Shown in pieces: positions 39,526-51,250 of a stretch of 64,000 nt of DNA (the stretch's first letter is position 1; each line of letters starts with the position of its first letter). The DNA is taken from assembly GCF_009914755.1 (NCBI RefSeq), contig NC_060925.1; one strand, given 5' to 3'. Below the pieces are notes generated by a model. It worked only from the letters and a program-made list of their open reading frames with translations, did not search any database and had not been told where the DNA came from. Both the position numbers and the translations under genes were made by a program. This DNA is from the human T2T-CHM13v2.0 reference genome, Homo sapiens.

Positions 39526-40060
39526 CAGGGACACTGTTCTCTAAACAGAAGTTTCAGGAGTTTGACTTGTTTTGGAAATGTAGGGAGCAAGGCACCATTT
39601 GATTCTAGTGTTGAAATTCTAAAATCTGGGACTTGGTTGTGTCAGGTCTTGAGATCTGGCATCTCTACATAGTTATGGAGGAACCCACTTTTACTTATAG
39701 CTAACCCCAGAGTATTGAGGTATTGAGGCCGATTATCTGGGGGCCCCTTTTATGGCCTCAGCAAGCAACTGCTGGACAGTGATTCAGGGAAGGAATTTAT
39801 GCAGAAGAAGGTTACTCATCAAATGATGCTGAAAGAGGATCTCTTTTGAACAAATGACCTATTCTGCTAACGAGGTGTGTGATCTGAGGAAATTCAGTAT
39901 AGCTTTCGGATCTTCAGTTTCTCATGCAACCCTTAGTAGAACTGATAACAATATAATTTCCAGCTATTCTGTAGGCATCACCAAGGTAGAAATGGAATCA
40001 CCCTTTCTGTTTCTTAACATACTATGTTACTTTTCTTGTTGCCCTTTTGTGATATTAGCA

Positions 40061-40159
40061 TAGAGGACTAATTAATTCATTCTGGTTTGCCTGGGACTTC
40101 CCCGGTTTTAGCACTAAAAATACCAAGTCCCAGGAAATCCTGGACAGTTGATCACCCTA
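40061..40159. mobile_element. MER81-like hAT-Blackjack MITE
   Basis: ggtttgcctgggacttccccggttttagcactaaaa...gttgatcacccta matches the recalled MER81 consensus. Confidence 0.8.
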
Positions 40160-41202
40160 CATCAACCTAACTTTAATGCTCATCTATTTGTTACTTATAT
40201 AAAGCTGCTGGGATGAGGCGGCTGGAAGCCAGACACTGTGATTTGTCTTAGATTTTGCATCCTAATAAGATGGGTTATTTTTATTTTCCCAGACCAGGTG
40301 AAAATATATCGTATATTGAAGCCCTAATGGGAATCAATTCTGTAGGCTTGCTTGGGATTCCATCCCATCATTTAGCAGTCACTCAACATTGTTTATCTCC
40401 TCAATCTTCTAAGATCCTGAAACTATAGTAAGTCTATTCCTTGTCATAGAAGTATAAACACTAAAATGTTCCCAGCCCTCGATAATATGTGGAAGCCATT
40501 GAGGTCACCTCAACCTTGCTCACGTGCTGTCCCTTGCTACCTAACTCAGCCTGCAACCTTCCCTCCTTCACTTCAAATCAGATTTCTCCCTTGGATGCTT
40601 CACATTGCAGAGGACAAGTCCACTTGACACTGTTGTTGTTTTCTCTGTTTTGGTTGCTTCATTTTAAACCTGAAGCCCTCCAGTTAATGTGCTGGGGGGG
40701 TGGGTGACCACTACTACACTGGCAGGACCCTCCTTGAACAAAACACTCTGCCCTCTGTCCTAGTGTCTTCCAAGGCAGCTGTCTGATGGTGGCCACCCTG
40801 CAGCCCCAGGGTGCCATTTCTGCCTGGAGGATGTGGGGCTTGAAAGGGGTGGAGGGCTCTTTCCCTACCCTGATTTTGCACATTCTCTCACGAGCCTTAA
40901 AGCAGCTTCATCTAAGGCAGCACTGCTTGGCTACTGGGTCTCGCAAGGTTACTTATCAAAATGTTCCTTGAAACTTCTGCCTATGTTTTCTTCTCTGTGT
41001 AACTAGCACTTCCATCCAATGGGAAGGTATGCAACTCCAAATCTGGCTTAGCCAAATGCACCACATTACATGTAAAACAAGAAGAATCCATACCAATCAT
41101 TTGATCACTTGGATAACACTTGTCAATAGGACTACCAAAACAAGCACGATGCAGGGCCCTGAAATTATAAACAGTATTCATATAGAAGTTAATCATTTCA
41201 AT

Positions 41203-41681
41203 CTGTGCTGTTCAATATAGGAGCCACCAACCATAGGTGGCTCTTTTTGCCTTTAAAATATACCAAATGCAACTAAAAAACTGAATACTTAATTTTATTT
41301 AATTTTAAGTAATTTATATTTAGTTTAAAAACCAAAACTCAGTTTGGTTATTGGAAAATCTTCAAGTATATTTGGAACAACTTGGGCAGGTAAATCTAAT
41401 GTTCCAACTATAAATTTTATAAAGTCTAAATACAGATCAAATAGTTGAATTCAGATGTGCTGTAAGTGAAAAATACACACTAGATTTCAAAGACTTAGTA
41501 TACAAAAATAATGTAACATGCCTCATTTTATACTGACTGCAGATTGAAATAATATTTTGAATATTTTGGGTTAGGTAAAATATATTATTAAAACTAATTT
41601 TACCAGTTTCTTTTTACTTTTTAAATGACTACTAGAAAAATTAAAAATGTGGTTTTCATTACAGTTCTGTTGGGCCGCATG
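41203..41681. mobile_element. hAT-Charlie element (Charlie1/MER33-derived)
   Basis: Termini gtgctgttcaatataggagccaccaaccata ... ttctgttgggccgc, with agatgtgctgtaagtgaaaaatacacactagatttcaaagacttagt inside. Confidence 0.8.
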
Positions 41682-43065
41682 GCACAAGATGATACATAGC
41701 ATGCTTATATTGATTGTTTAGATTATCTTCAAAATGAAAATATAAAGTTGCCGACCTCCAAGATTATTCCTGGACCCCTTGTAGCAAAACATAGATGAAG
41801 GTTAATCCTCTCTCCATAAATAAGCACATTAAGGCATAAAGTATTTGGAGACTTCTTGGATATAGCACACATTTAATTAGGTCCCCAGTACAGTCTCTTT
41901 TCATTGAACCACATTGCATTTATATAGAAAAATGATTTGTAGTTTCCTTAATTTCTTCAATTATGTTGTTTTTATATCACTTTTAGCCTTCTCCACTTCC
42001 AGCTTGCCATTTAAAATATGATTACTATATCACTGTATTCATAGCATACATTTAATTCATTTTAAACCATTCTCATTTCTAATTATTTAATCTTTCATTC
42101 ATCCTAGTGAGGCATACTTTAAACAATAGATTAGAGCTATTTATGATGTTCTGGGTCTGAAAACACTTTAACATTCCAAATCCTTTATCTACTGAGTTAA
42201 AATATATGTCCATTTTGAGCATGAAAAAAGTCAAGGAGAAAAAAATGGTAGTCCTCATCCATTTTGCAATAGCCAAATATTGGTTCTTTCATAGGAGCAT
42301 CAACCCAAACTTATTTTGTTTCCATGAATTACTTTATGTCCGTTTCACTATAAACTAACTCCCCCACCTCAATTCAAATTTTGTTGTCTGTTGCATTAGC
42401 ATTTGAGGTTGGAAACAAAAACATTTTTCTTCTCTCAGCATTTGTTTCTTCCCTGCAATATATGTTAGCTGTAACCAGGTGGTAGTAGGGAGTAAAGACA
42501 GGGACCTGAGCCCTAAGGATTCCCTAGACAGGCTGCTTAAGTCTCTGGGTATATGAACAGGAGATTGAATTCTACAAAATCCTAATTTTTATAACAACTG
42601 CACCTTTATGTAACAAAACAATGAAAACATAAAGAAATACCAGATAAAAATGAATAGATGAAACCACACAGACAGGCAGGCTTTCTTCTTACCATCATCA
42701 GCTATTTTAAGCCTTTATTCATTATAGGGCTGGCAGGGTTTTTCTAAGCTTAAGACCCTCTCCCAGAAACATCATCAGGACCCTCATGGATCTCCTAGAT
42801 GTTTCTGAGCCATGAGCTACTTAACTTCAGGAATTCCCACAACTCACTGGACATGCCAACCACCAATCATTGCTTAAATTGTATCTACTTTATATATCCA
42901 TATGTTTGTTTCTATTTTCTGTAAAAGCATTCTTCTAGCTCCTACTTTTTTCCAACTTGCACTTTTTAATATATACTGAGAAATTGTAAGAATTTTAAAT
43001 GATGGTAGCTAAACAAGAAAATTTGTGTGTATGTGTTATATATGCATATATATTTTACCCTCTAG

Positions 43066-43157
43066 GAGACTGGGAGAAGAGTGTGATGATGGAGACCTTG
43101 TGAGCGGAGATGGCTGCTCCAAGGTGTGTGAGCTGGAGGAAGGTTTCAACTGTGTAG
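43066..43157 (+). CDS. PAPPA2: PAPPA2 coding exon (exon 10 equivalent), cysteine-rich repeat
   Basis: Acceptor ttttaccctctag|G, donor GTAG|gtaagt. 92 nt, phase 2-1; [30 protein letters not shown](G). Confidence 0.97.
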
Positions 43158-44279
43158 GTAAGTTCAAGAGTTTCAGTCTAAGATTGTGTCCTACTTTTAG
43201 AGGTGTATTATTTTGTGAGTTCTTGATATCCTGTAACATCTAGCTTAGTGATTATAATAATAACCTCTGATGTGTCCCTTGTATGCCAGGCATGAATTGT
43301 TTCACAGGTATTATCTCAGTCAATCCTTAGAATAACTGGGGAAGACAAAGTGAGGCACAGAGCTTAAATAACTTGATTTCATTTATGCAGCTAGAAGTGG
43401 TAAAGTCAGCATTTGAACTAAGGAAGTACAGCTCTAGAATCTGCGTGGTAAACCATTAGGTTATACTGCTTCCTAGCTTAATGTTACCAGGGATTTATCT
43501 TGGACCCTCCAGGGTAACGCCAATATGTCAGGTAAGTAGCACAATCAAATGGACTCTACATACAAATTAGGGTAAGGAAACATTCTAAGCCAAAGTGAAT
43601 GCAAGACATATTTTGGTGACTGTGTGTAATAGATTCAATCATGAAGAATAAAAGAGGATCCTAACATATTTTAGCCTTGGAGAATCACTGGTAAAAATTT
43701 TAACTTTGACTCTAGAGTATAAGGTGCTTTTAACTCTAGACTCTTGCCACTCCAGGGAGGCAGTCTACAACACTTTTCCAATTCTGATTAAAGCTACCAT
43801 CAACAGGTTTCTTAGATGCAGATTATTTTCCATTGTCATCTGCATAGATTGCAATGATTTGGTAGAGCATAACCACACATTGAAGTTTTTAAAATAGCAG
43901 TGCATTTAAAAATATTTTAATGTCATGAAATCTTAAGATAAAGTCGAATGTGATTACAATTATGTATAATTTATTAAGGTGTTAAGTATTATACAGAATA
44001 TACAAATGTCCCTGCTCTCCAGAGCCAGACCTGAATCATAGAATGTTGGTGGTCCTCTCTCCATAAATTCATCCATCCATCCATTTGAAAAAGGCCCATC
44101 GTGTGCTATATGTTCAGTGGTACCATGTATTCTGTGCTTGTTGTGTACCATGAGTCTGACAGAGTCCCTGATCCTTTCATGAGTACAAGTTTAGCAGTGA
44201 CTTAGAGTACAGCTTCTCTGTCTTACAGAAATGCCTCCTACCAAAGCATGACAGATGAGTTTCTAGCTTTTGCTTACCT

Positions 44280-44930
44280 AAATCTAGCCATGAAGAATGA
44301 ACCTTGAAACAGACCATTCTGTTTACAAATGGCCTTATCTGTTGTAAAATTTTTCCCCTTTTTTCCAGTTCGAAAACTGAGGCTCAGAACATTTTAATGA
44401 CTCATCCAAGGACATACAATGAAATCTTTGCAGAGCCAGCCCTAGAACTCAGCTTTCCTCATGCTTAATCAAGTGCGTTTTCCCTGCTATGAAACTACAG
44501 AGGATATATATTTTTTTCTGTTTTATTTGACTACCATTCAGATATTTGAAATACCTCTCCATTATTCTCCTTTCCAATCCAAACATCCCCTCATGTGATT
44601 AGGTTTCCAGACCCTTTCTTATTTACCCCAAACTGTCATGCTTCATGTGGTCAGTGCCCAGAAGGGAATCCAATACTCCAGATGTGGTCTGGCTATGCCG
44701 AATACATCGAACCGATTACCTCCCTCTTCTGTACACAAGTATTTGTTAACACAACCTCGTTAGCATTATTTCTTTTTGGTAGCCACATAGTGGTCGCATA
44801 TTAAATGCAATATATATTCTCCAAACACTGAACTTTCCTCAGTGTAGCTCAAGTCTTATTTAACCTAAGAGCAGACCTTAATTTGTGTCTATCACATTTG
44901 ATCTCATAAAATTTGGCTATTTCCTTCAAC
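44280..44930 (-). mobile_element. L3/CR1 LINE fragment with an embedded MIR
   Basis: gtgcccagaagggaatccaatactccagatgtggtctgg is a conserved CR1/L3 ORF2 signature on the reverse strand. Confidence 0.65.
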
Positions 44931-45234
44931 CCCAGTAAGACTATATTTAAATTGTTTTAACTATACAGGGTAAGGTTAAAATGATATATTCCAACAGTAG
45001 ACATTTTTTCAGTGAATCATAAGTTCATCATATGCTAAGCACATATTCCATTATTTCTCAAAATATCAGGTTTGAAGGAACCCCATTGTAAAATATATTT
45101 TTAAAGTATTCCGATGAATTTGAAAGAAACATAAACAAAAATTTTAAGTCCGTGCTTAAAAAAATAGAGACAAGAAGTAAGAAGAGTAGTTACTGGGTTA
45201 TAAGAAGAAAAACAAAACAAAACTATACGCACAT

Positions 45235-45236
<2 letters not shown>

Positions 45237-45265
<29 letters not shown>
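45237..45265. repeat. (AG)n microsatellite
   Basis: Read directly from the sequence. Confidence 0.9.
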
Positions 45266-45267
<2 letters not shown>

Positions 45268-46688
45268 CATCATGGGAAAGTCATTCCAAAAGCACATACA
45301 TTGGCTTTGGAGAGTGCTTTGAGTAGGTTTGGTGAAATGCATGAGTTGAAAGCCCAAAATAGACTTTCAACCAAGTCCTGTGGACAGTGGCTTATATCTG
45401 GCAAGTAGAGATAGATTTACCACAGAAGGGTCTTAGAGGAAATTGTTAAGAGAATAATTAATAACTATATATTGATGGACAGCTGGCAAATTACTGGAAT
45501 AGCCCTGTGGTATTGCTGTGAAGAATTGAACATGAAAAAAAGGAAATAGTAACAGTAAATTTTAGTAATGCTCTTATTGAATATATACCTAGGTGTTGTT
45601 ATTTTGAATCTTAATCTTATTTTCATGTCCTATTTTTAAATAGAAAATGGAAATTTGAATTGTGCCATTAATATTAATTGTCTCATATTTTGGTAAAAAA
45701 TGCAACAGAACTTAAATGGCTTTGTAGGTGTTTCTCAGCTATCTACATTTGAAGGCAGTGTGTCTATGTATCTATAAAGAGTCAGTGCTATTCACTTACT
45801 AGGAGTTATCGTATGAGCAAGAATGGAACTTGTCCAGTGCATACTAGCTGGCTTTACAACGCCAGTATATTTTCTTAGATATTCATTTATCACCTGTTTG
45901 CTTTTGAAGACAGCCCCTCTGTCTTAGTTTGAGGCAGTGTTCAGTGAGCTGCTGAACCTGCATTCTGGCTCTTGGATTTAAGCCTGACTCAAATTAATGC
46001 TCTATTGCTTACCTTTCGAGGGTCCTCTACAAAGTCACATAAAATCACTGAGACTCAGGCTTCCTATCATAAAAGAAACAAAATACACACCTCACAGGGT
46101 TGTCCTAAGACTAAAAAAAAATTAATAACATATGTAAGCCTCAAAAGCCTGGAGCCTATATTCTCCAGTGTAATAGCAGTCACGCAGTTGAAGAAACACA
46201 ATTAAGCAACAAATAGTGATTGAGAACAAACCCCCCGTGATACTTTAATATTTCAAAAACTATGAAAAAGATTCAAATATGTAATACCTGATAGGATTTA
46301 TTTAGATTCCTTTCTTCTTTTACCTACCTATCTTATATCTCTAGTTTCTCCCAAATATCTTACTCAACTATTACTTAAAATTTCTTTCCACACCCAGTCT
46401 ACAGCTGCTTTTTTTCTCCCTGTTCTTTCTCCCCTGATCTCAACCATTTCTGTACTTTTATAATGTAGATGGTTTCTACCTTTCTCCCAATGAGAAAAAA
46501 TCCTTATTCTTTAGGGATGTGTGGGATGTATGTGTATCTGTGTGTTTGAGGTAGGCATTAGACTGGCAGGCAATTGCAGAATTCTCTTCAGTGGGCTGGA
46601 GAAGAAGTGTTGTGGACATTCCCATGTTCATTTTTTTCATGACATTTATGAAAACACTTTTTCTGTGTCACACAATATTTCTTGGCAG

Positions 46689-46882
46689 GAGAGCCAAGCC
46701 TTTGCTACATGTATGAGGGAGATGGCATATGTGAACCTTTTGAGAGAAAAACCAGCATTGTAGACTGTGGCATCTACACTCCCAAAGGATACTTGGATCA
46801 ATGGGCTACCCGGGCTTACTCCTCTCATGAAGACAAGAAGAAGTGTCCTGTTTCCTTGGTAACTGGAGAACCTCATTCCCTA
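46689..46882 (+). CDS. PAPPA2: PAPPA2 coding exon (exon 11 equivalent)
   Basis: Acceptor tttcttggcag|GA, donor CCTA|gtaagt. 194 nt, phase 1-0; [20 protein letters not shown]...[13 protein letters not shown]. Confidence 0.97.
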
Positions 46883-47454
46883 GTAAGTTAAGCCAGATGA
46901 ATAGAGTCGAGCCTGCGCAAAATTGTAAAGTGACTCCCCCTATGCTTACACTTGGGGTCTATGTTTGGATAATTAAAAGAAGAAGTAAGGAGTTAGAAGC
47001 CCTAGGGAACATTACTGGATCTGCCAGCATTGCTATTACAATTACATGATGTTGGACAAGTCACTTAACCTCTCTGGGCCCCAAGGTTCTCACCTGGAAA
47101 AATGGGTATAGTAACACCATTTGCACTGTTTCAGTGGTTTACTACAATGATCAAATAAGCTTTAAAATATGTATTAAAGATCAAAGTATAAATTGATTTA
47201 AAGAAGTTTTATTATTGAAGAAACCCTTGATATAAGTAAATTCTTGCGTACATATTTTTTTTCTGAATATCCACCTAAATAGATAGAAGATCCTCTGACG
47301 GATCTAAAATGCTATACCAATGACATCTATGAGATATAGTTGAAGACTGAAAAGAGGATTAAAGGCTCACAACTCTTGGGACCTATTCTAGATGCTTTTA
47401 TTGTGAAATAAACTCTTCCATTTATTAGAATAGGCAATACAGCCCTTTCACAGA

Positions 47455-47952
47455 AGTGAGATTTAGGCCTCTAGGTATTTCAGGCCAGAATGAAATAATA
47501 GGATTTTATACTTGAGAAGACATCTTTGAAGAGATTGAGGAGCCAGCTAAGGTTGATGCTCCAGTTCAAGGATTTCATCAAGGACCCAGGGTCTCCTAGA
47601 TTCCAGCTCTTTCATCCTCGGGTGCAGCCTTCTTCCTCCTGCTCAAAACATGGCTGCAGTTCTCCTAGGCGTGAAGTCAGCATTTCAAGGAAGGAGGGGG
47701 CAGGCCAAAGGAAAATAGGTGCATGCCAGCTGAGTCTTTCCCTTTTTATTGGGAAAATAATAGCTTTTCTGGAAGTTCCACCCGCCTCTTACTGGTCAGA
47801 TCCAGGCCACTTCATCACCTTTAGTTGTAAGGGACCCTAAGGAGATGAACATTTATAACCAGATACACTGTCGCCTTGAACAAAATTGGAGTTTATTAAT
47901 AAAAAAGTAAGGGGAAATAGATACCGATCGGCAACTAGCCATTTCTGCCACA
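47455..47952 (-). mobile_element. MaLR LTR (MLT1K-like)
   Basis: catcaaggacccagg...atggctgcag...ggcaactagccatttctgccaca end. Confidence 0.7.
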
Positions 47953-48540
47953 CTCTCTCAGCCTAAATTCTAGCATCTTGCTCTTTCAAGTCCTGGCATC
48001 CGATGACAGGAAGCCAGGGAAGTTGGGAGATTCTGAGGTAATGACCGCTCTCTGAAGTGGCTTTTAGTCTAGTCTGTCTGTCTTCCCTAAGTGAAGTGGG
48101 AGAAATTTCCTGGAGTTTCATTTCTCTGGCTCCTTTGCTTAGCTGAATCCTCAGTGGTTCCCTAACTCAGTAGCCTCACTTTTGGGGCCAGTGGATGCTG
48201 CCTGGTAAGGGCTTCATCATCACCCCAGACAGACTTCCCTGGCTGTTCCTGGGGCAGTTACCTGAAATATGCCAGGACTATTTGTAACCACCCAGTGTGT
48301 AAGACCCCTGGGCCGATGATAAACGAGAGTTGTTGTGTTTTCTACCCTTGTAAGTTATATCTTGATGTTAAAGAGAGCACTGAGAAATTCTTCAATGTTG
48401 AGAAAAGTTTTCTGCCAATAATGTGATCATTAGGCATTCAGAAAGAGAGAACAACTTTGCTTTGAGCTGGAGAGTTTCATTGTCCTTACTTATATCTTCA
48501 CACTCCACACTTCAAATTGTTGGTTGAAATTGTATTTCAG

Positions 48541-48687
48541 ATTTGCACATCATACCATCCAGATTTACCCAACCACCGTCCCCTAACTGGCTGGTTTCCC
48601 TGTGTTGCCAGTGAAAATGAAACTCAGGATGACAGGAGTGAACAGCCAGAAGGTAGCCTGAAGAAAGAGGATGAGGTTTGGCTCAAA
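48541..48687 (+). CDS. PAPPA2: PAPPA2 coding exon (exon 12 equivalent)
   Basis: Acceptor tgtatttcag|ATT, donor CAAA|gtaagt. 147 nt, phase 0-0; [49 protein letters not shown]. Confidence 0.97.
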
Positions 48688-48735
48688 GTAAGTGGCCCAA
48701 ATGTTTCTTTTGTGCATGTGAAAGGTGTAAGCATA

Positions 48736-48762
<27 letters not shown>
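48736..48762. repeat. (TG)13 microsatellite 48 nt into intron 12
   Basis: Read directly from the sequence. Confidence 0.95.
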
Positions 48763-48766
<4 letters not shown>

Positions 48767-48879
48767 GGTGCATTTGGATGACTTGTCAGAAAATTTTCTT
48801 TTGTTATCTCAAAGTGTTAATATTTTGAGTTTATTTTCACCTCTCTGTATTGTGGACTTCTTTCTGTTAATACATGAGT

Positions 48880-49860
48880 AATCAGTTTATCAAAGTGTAA
48901 CATACACACGGAAAAGTGCAAAAATCAGAAATGCATAATAGCTCAATGAATTTTTGCAAAGTGAACATCCTTTCTAATCACAACATAGATCAAGAAATAG
49001 GACATTCACATCACTGCCCCCCCTCCAAGGCTCTCTCATGTCCCCTCTTAGTTATTACACCACTGAGGTGGATACTATTTCTGTTTCTATCATCATAGAT
49101 TAGTTTTGACTGTTTTTGAAATTTATAGGAAAACACTTTACAGTATGTACTCTTTGCAACTGATTCTTTCTTATTTGGCATTATATTTGTGGGATTCATT
49201 CATGCTGCTTCACTTAGCAGTAGTGTTCATTTTCATTGTGGTATAAGCATTGCAATGTATGAATACACCACCATATATTTAACCATTCTAATATTGATGA
49301 ATATTTGGATTACTTCTGGTTTTTCTCTATTATGCTATTACAAGTCATTCTGCTATAAGCATTTCTGTACATTTTTGTGGTGAACGTGTATAAACAGATG
49401 GGTATATTTGGAACTGCCAGATCGCAAGTAGGCCAGCTTTGGTAAATAATCCCAAATAATTTTCCACAGTGGTTGTACTAATGTATACTCCCACCAGATG
49501 TTTTGAGTGTTTCAAATGTTTCACATTTTCATCAACATTTGGTCTTTTAAGTCTCCATTTTAATGTTTTGTTGTATATGTAAAGGTATTGCCCTGTGGTT
49601 TCAGTTTGTATTTGCATGATGACTAATGAGATTGGGAGGCTTTCATATGTGTATCAGCTATTTGTACATATTTTTTAAGGGCATAATCAAGTCTTTTGTT
49701 CAATTTTCCATTGAGTTGTCTGTCATTTTCTTCATAATTTATATTATTTCATCATAATTATATGCATATTAATTCTTTTTCAGTAATATGCTCTTTCATA
49801 TCTTCCAACACTATGGCTAACTTTTCTTGCTCTTAAACACATCTTTAGACGAATTCAAGT
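48880..49860 (-). mobile_element. Old L1 (L1ME/L1MC-like) 3' end
   Basis: Reverse-strand L1 3' UTR and ORF2-end motifs (tgaatttttgcaaagtgaacat, tttgcatgatgactaatgagattg). Confidence 0.8.
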
Positions 49861-50056
49861 TCTTTTTTTTTTTTTAAGAGGCAGGGTCTCGCTCTGTTTT
49901 CCAGGCTGGAATACAGTGGTGCCATCATAGCTTACTATAGCCTTGAACTCCTGGGCTCAAGAGATCCTCCCATCTCAGCCTCCCAAGTAGCTAGGACAAG
50001 AGTTGCTTGCCACTACACCCAGCTAATTTTTAAATGTTATATAGAGATGGAGTCTA
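49861..50056 (-). mobile_element. Old Alu fragment (AluJ/FRAM-like), truncated
   Basis: T tail, cagggtctcgctctg...ctcctgggctcaagagatcctcc; breaks off at agagatggagtct. Confidence 0.85.
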
Positions 50057-50995
50057 GAAAAGGCACCAACTCCTGCCAGTATCTAACATCAAACTCAAGT
50101 TAACCAAAGCCTCTTCTTTAAACCTGAGCAAAGGGGATAATCAAAGTAAACTGCTTTCATGAGACACAGGGGCAAGCTTGTATTCACTTAATAATTTTGC
50201 CTTTACCTAAATTAATATAACTTATTATAGTCCTTGATACCAAATAATTTAAATGTTTAGCTACCAGTGAGCTTCCTTTCCTGTCATTTTCAAAACTAGG
50301 CTGGGCTTATGACCTTTTTGTTTAAAGCATTGCTAATTCTTTATGTTTTATTTTGCCTCTCAAATGTAAAACTGTTCAGTCCCCCCAGGCCCAAAGACAA
50401 TCATGGAAGAGGTGGGCGTGTGAGATTATAAGGACCAGATTTTGAGAGATAAAATTAACTGAGATCCTCCAAATCAAAGACAGGCACATAGATGCCTAAA
50501 CAAAATGTTTGTGTTTTGTATAACTAATTACTACAAGCCAAGATTATAGCAACTCAACACACATAAGTCAGTTTTATAACCTTATTTTTTGACTTTTAGT
50601 TTTGACTCTTATATTGCTTAAAAGAGGTTTAAGAGCTAATAAGTGTCTGCCCACCTTCATTCCTGGCTGGCCTAAAACAATTAATTAGCTATAAGTCTTT
50701 TAACTCTAACTCCCTTGACCATAAGGATCCCACCAAAGGACATAATGGACCCGGGGCAGATAGCACACCACCCCAGCATCGGGGTGAGACAAGAGGAAAG
50801 CTTGGCTATTAATACTATTTCTGTAGTGCCTTGACAAAAAGGGAAAACGTAAACTGAAAAAAAAATCCATGGCCCCTCTACAGACTGAGTAGATCCCCCA
50901 CTTGGCCAAAGGGAATCCCCTCCAAATGCTAAAAAATCTAATTCAAGCCTGATGAGAAATAAAGGGTCAGACACACCTCACTATGCTCCAAACCC
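50057..50995 (+). mobile_element. MER4-group ERV1: 3' internal sequence, PPT (50836-50847) and the 5' part of a MER4-type LTR (from 50848)
   Basis: tgacaaaaagggaaaa followed by cgtaaactgaaaaaaaaatcc...gactgagtagatcccc...ttggccaaaggg...gggtcagacacacctcactat, resembling the recalled MER4 LTR start. Confidence 0.6.
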
Positions 50996-51130
50996 CTAAT
51001 GTTTAAGCCAGGATCAGAGGCCATTCCAAATTATAAAAATAAAGTATTGCCCTTTCCTATGCAAAAAAGAATACTTTTTCTCTTCAATTGGGAGACTTAG
51101 CCTTACTGGGAGAAAAAAAAAAAAGGATAC

Positions 51131-51250
51131 CTTGAGGATAAATTACAACCAAAATGGAAGGGCCCCTATCAGGTATTATTAAACACCCTCACCATATTAA
51201 ACTTTTAAAAAATAACTACTTGGGTACACCTCTCCAGAATAAAACCTGTT
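51131..51250 (+). pseudogene. Retroviral integrase C-terminal (GPY/F) remnant
   Basis: LEDKLQPKWKGPYQVLLNT at 51131-51187 and WVHLSRIKPV at 51221-51250. Confidence 0.85.

Noticed and set aside
43063-46691. NAGNAG tandem acceptors at exon 10 (TAG GAG) and exon 11 (CAG GAG)
   Set aside because: The distal site is GAG in both cases, which is rarely used, and the effect would be a single-residue deletion.
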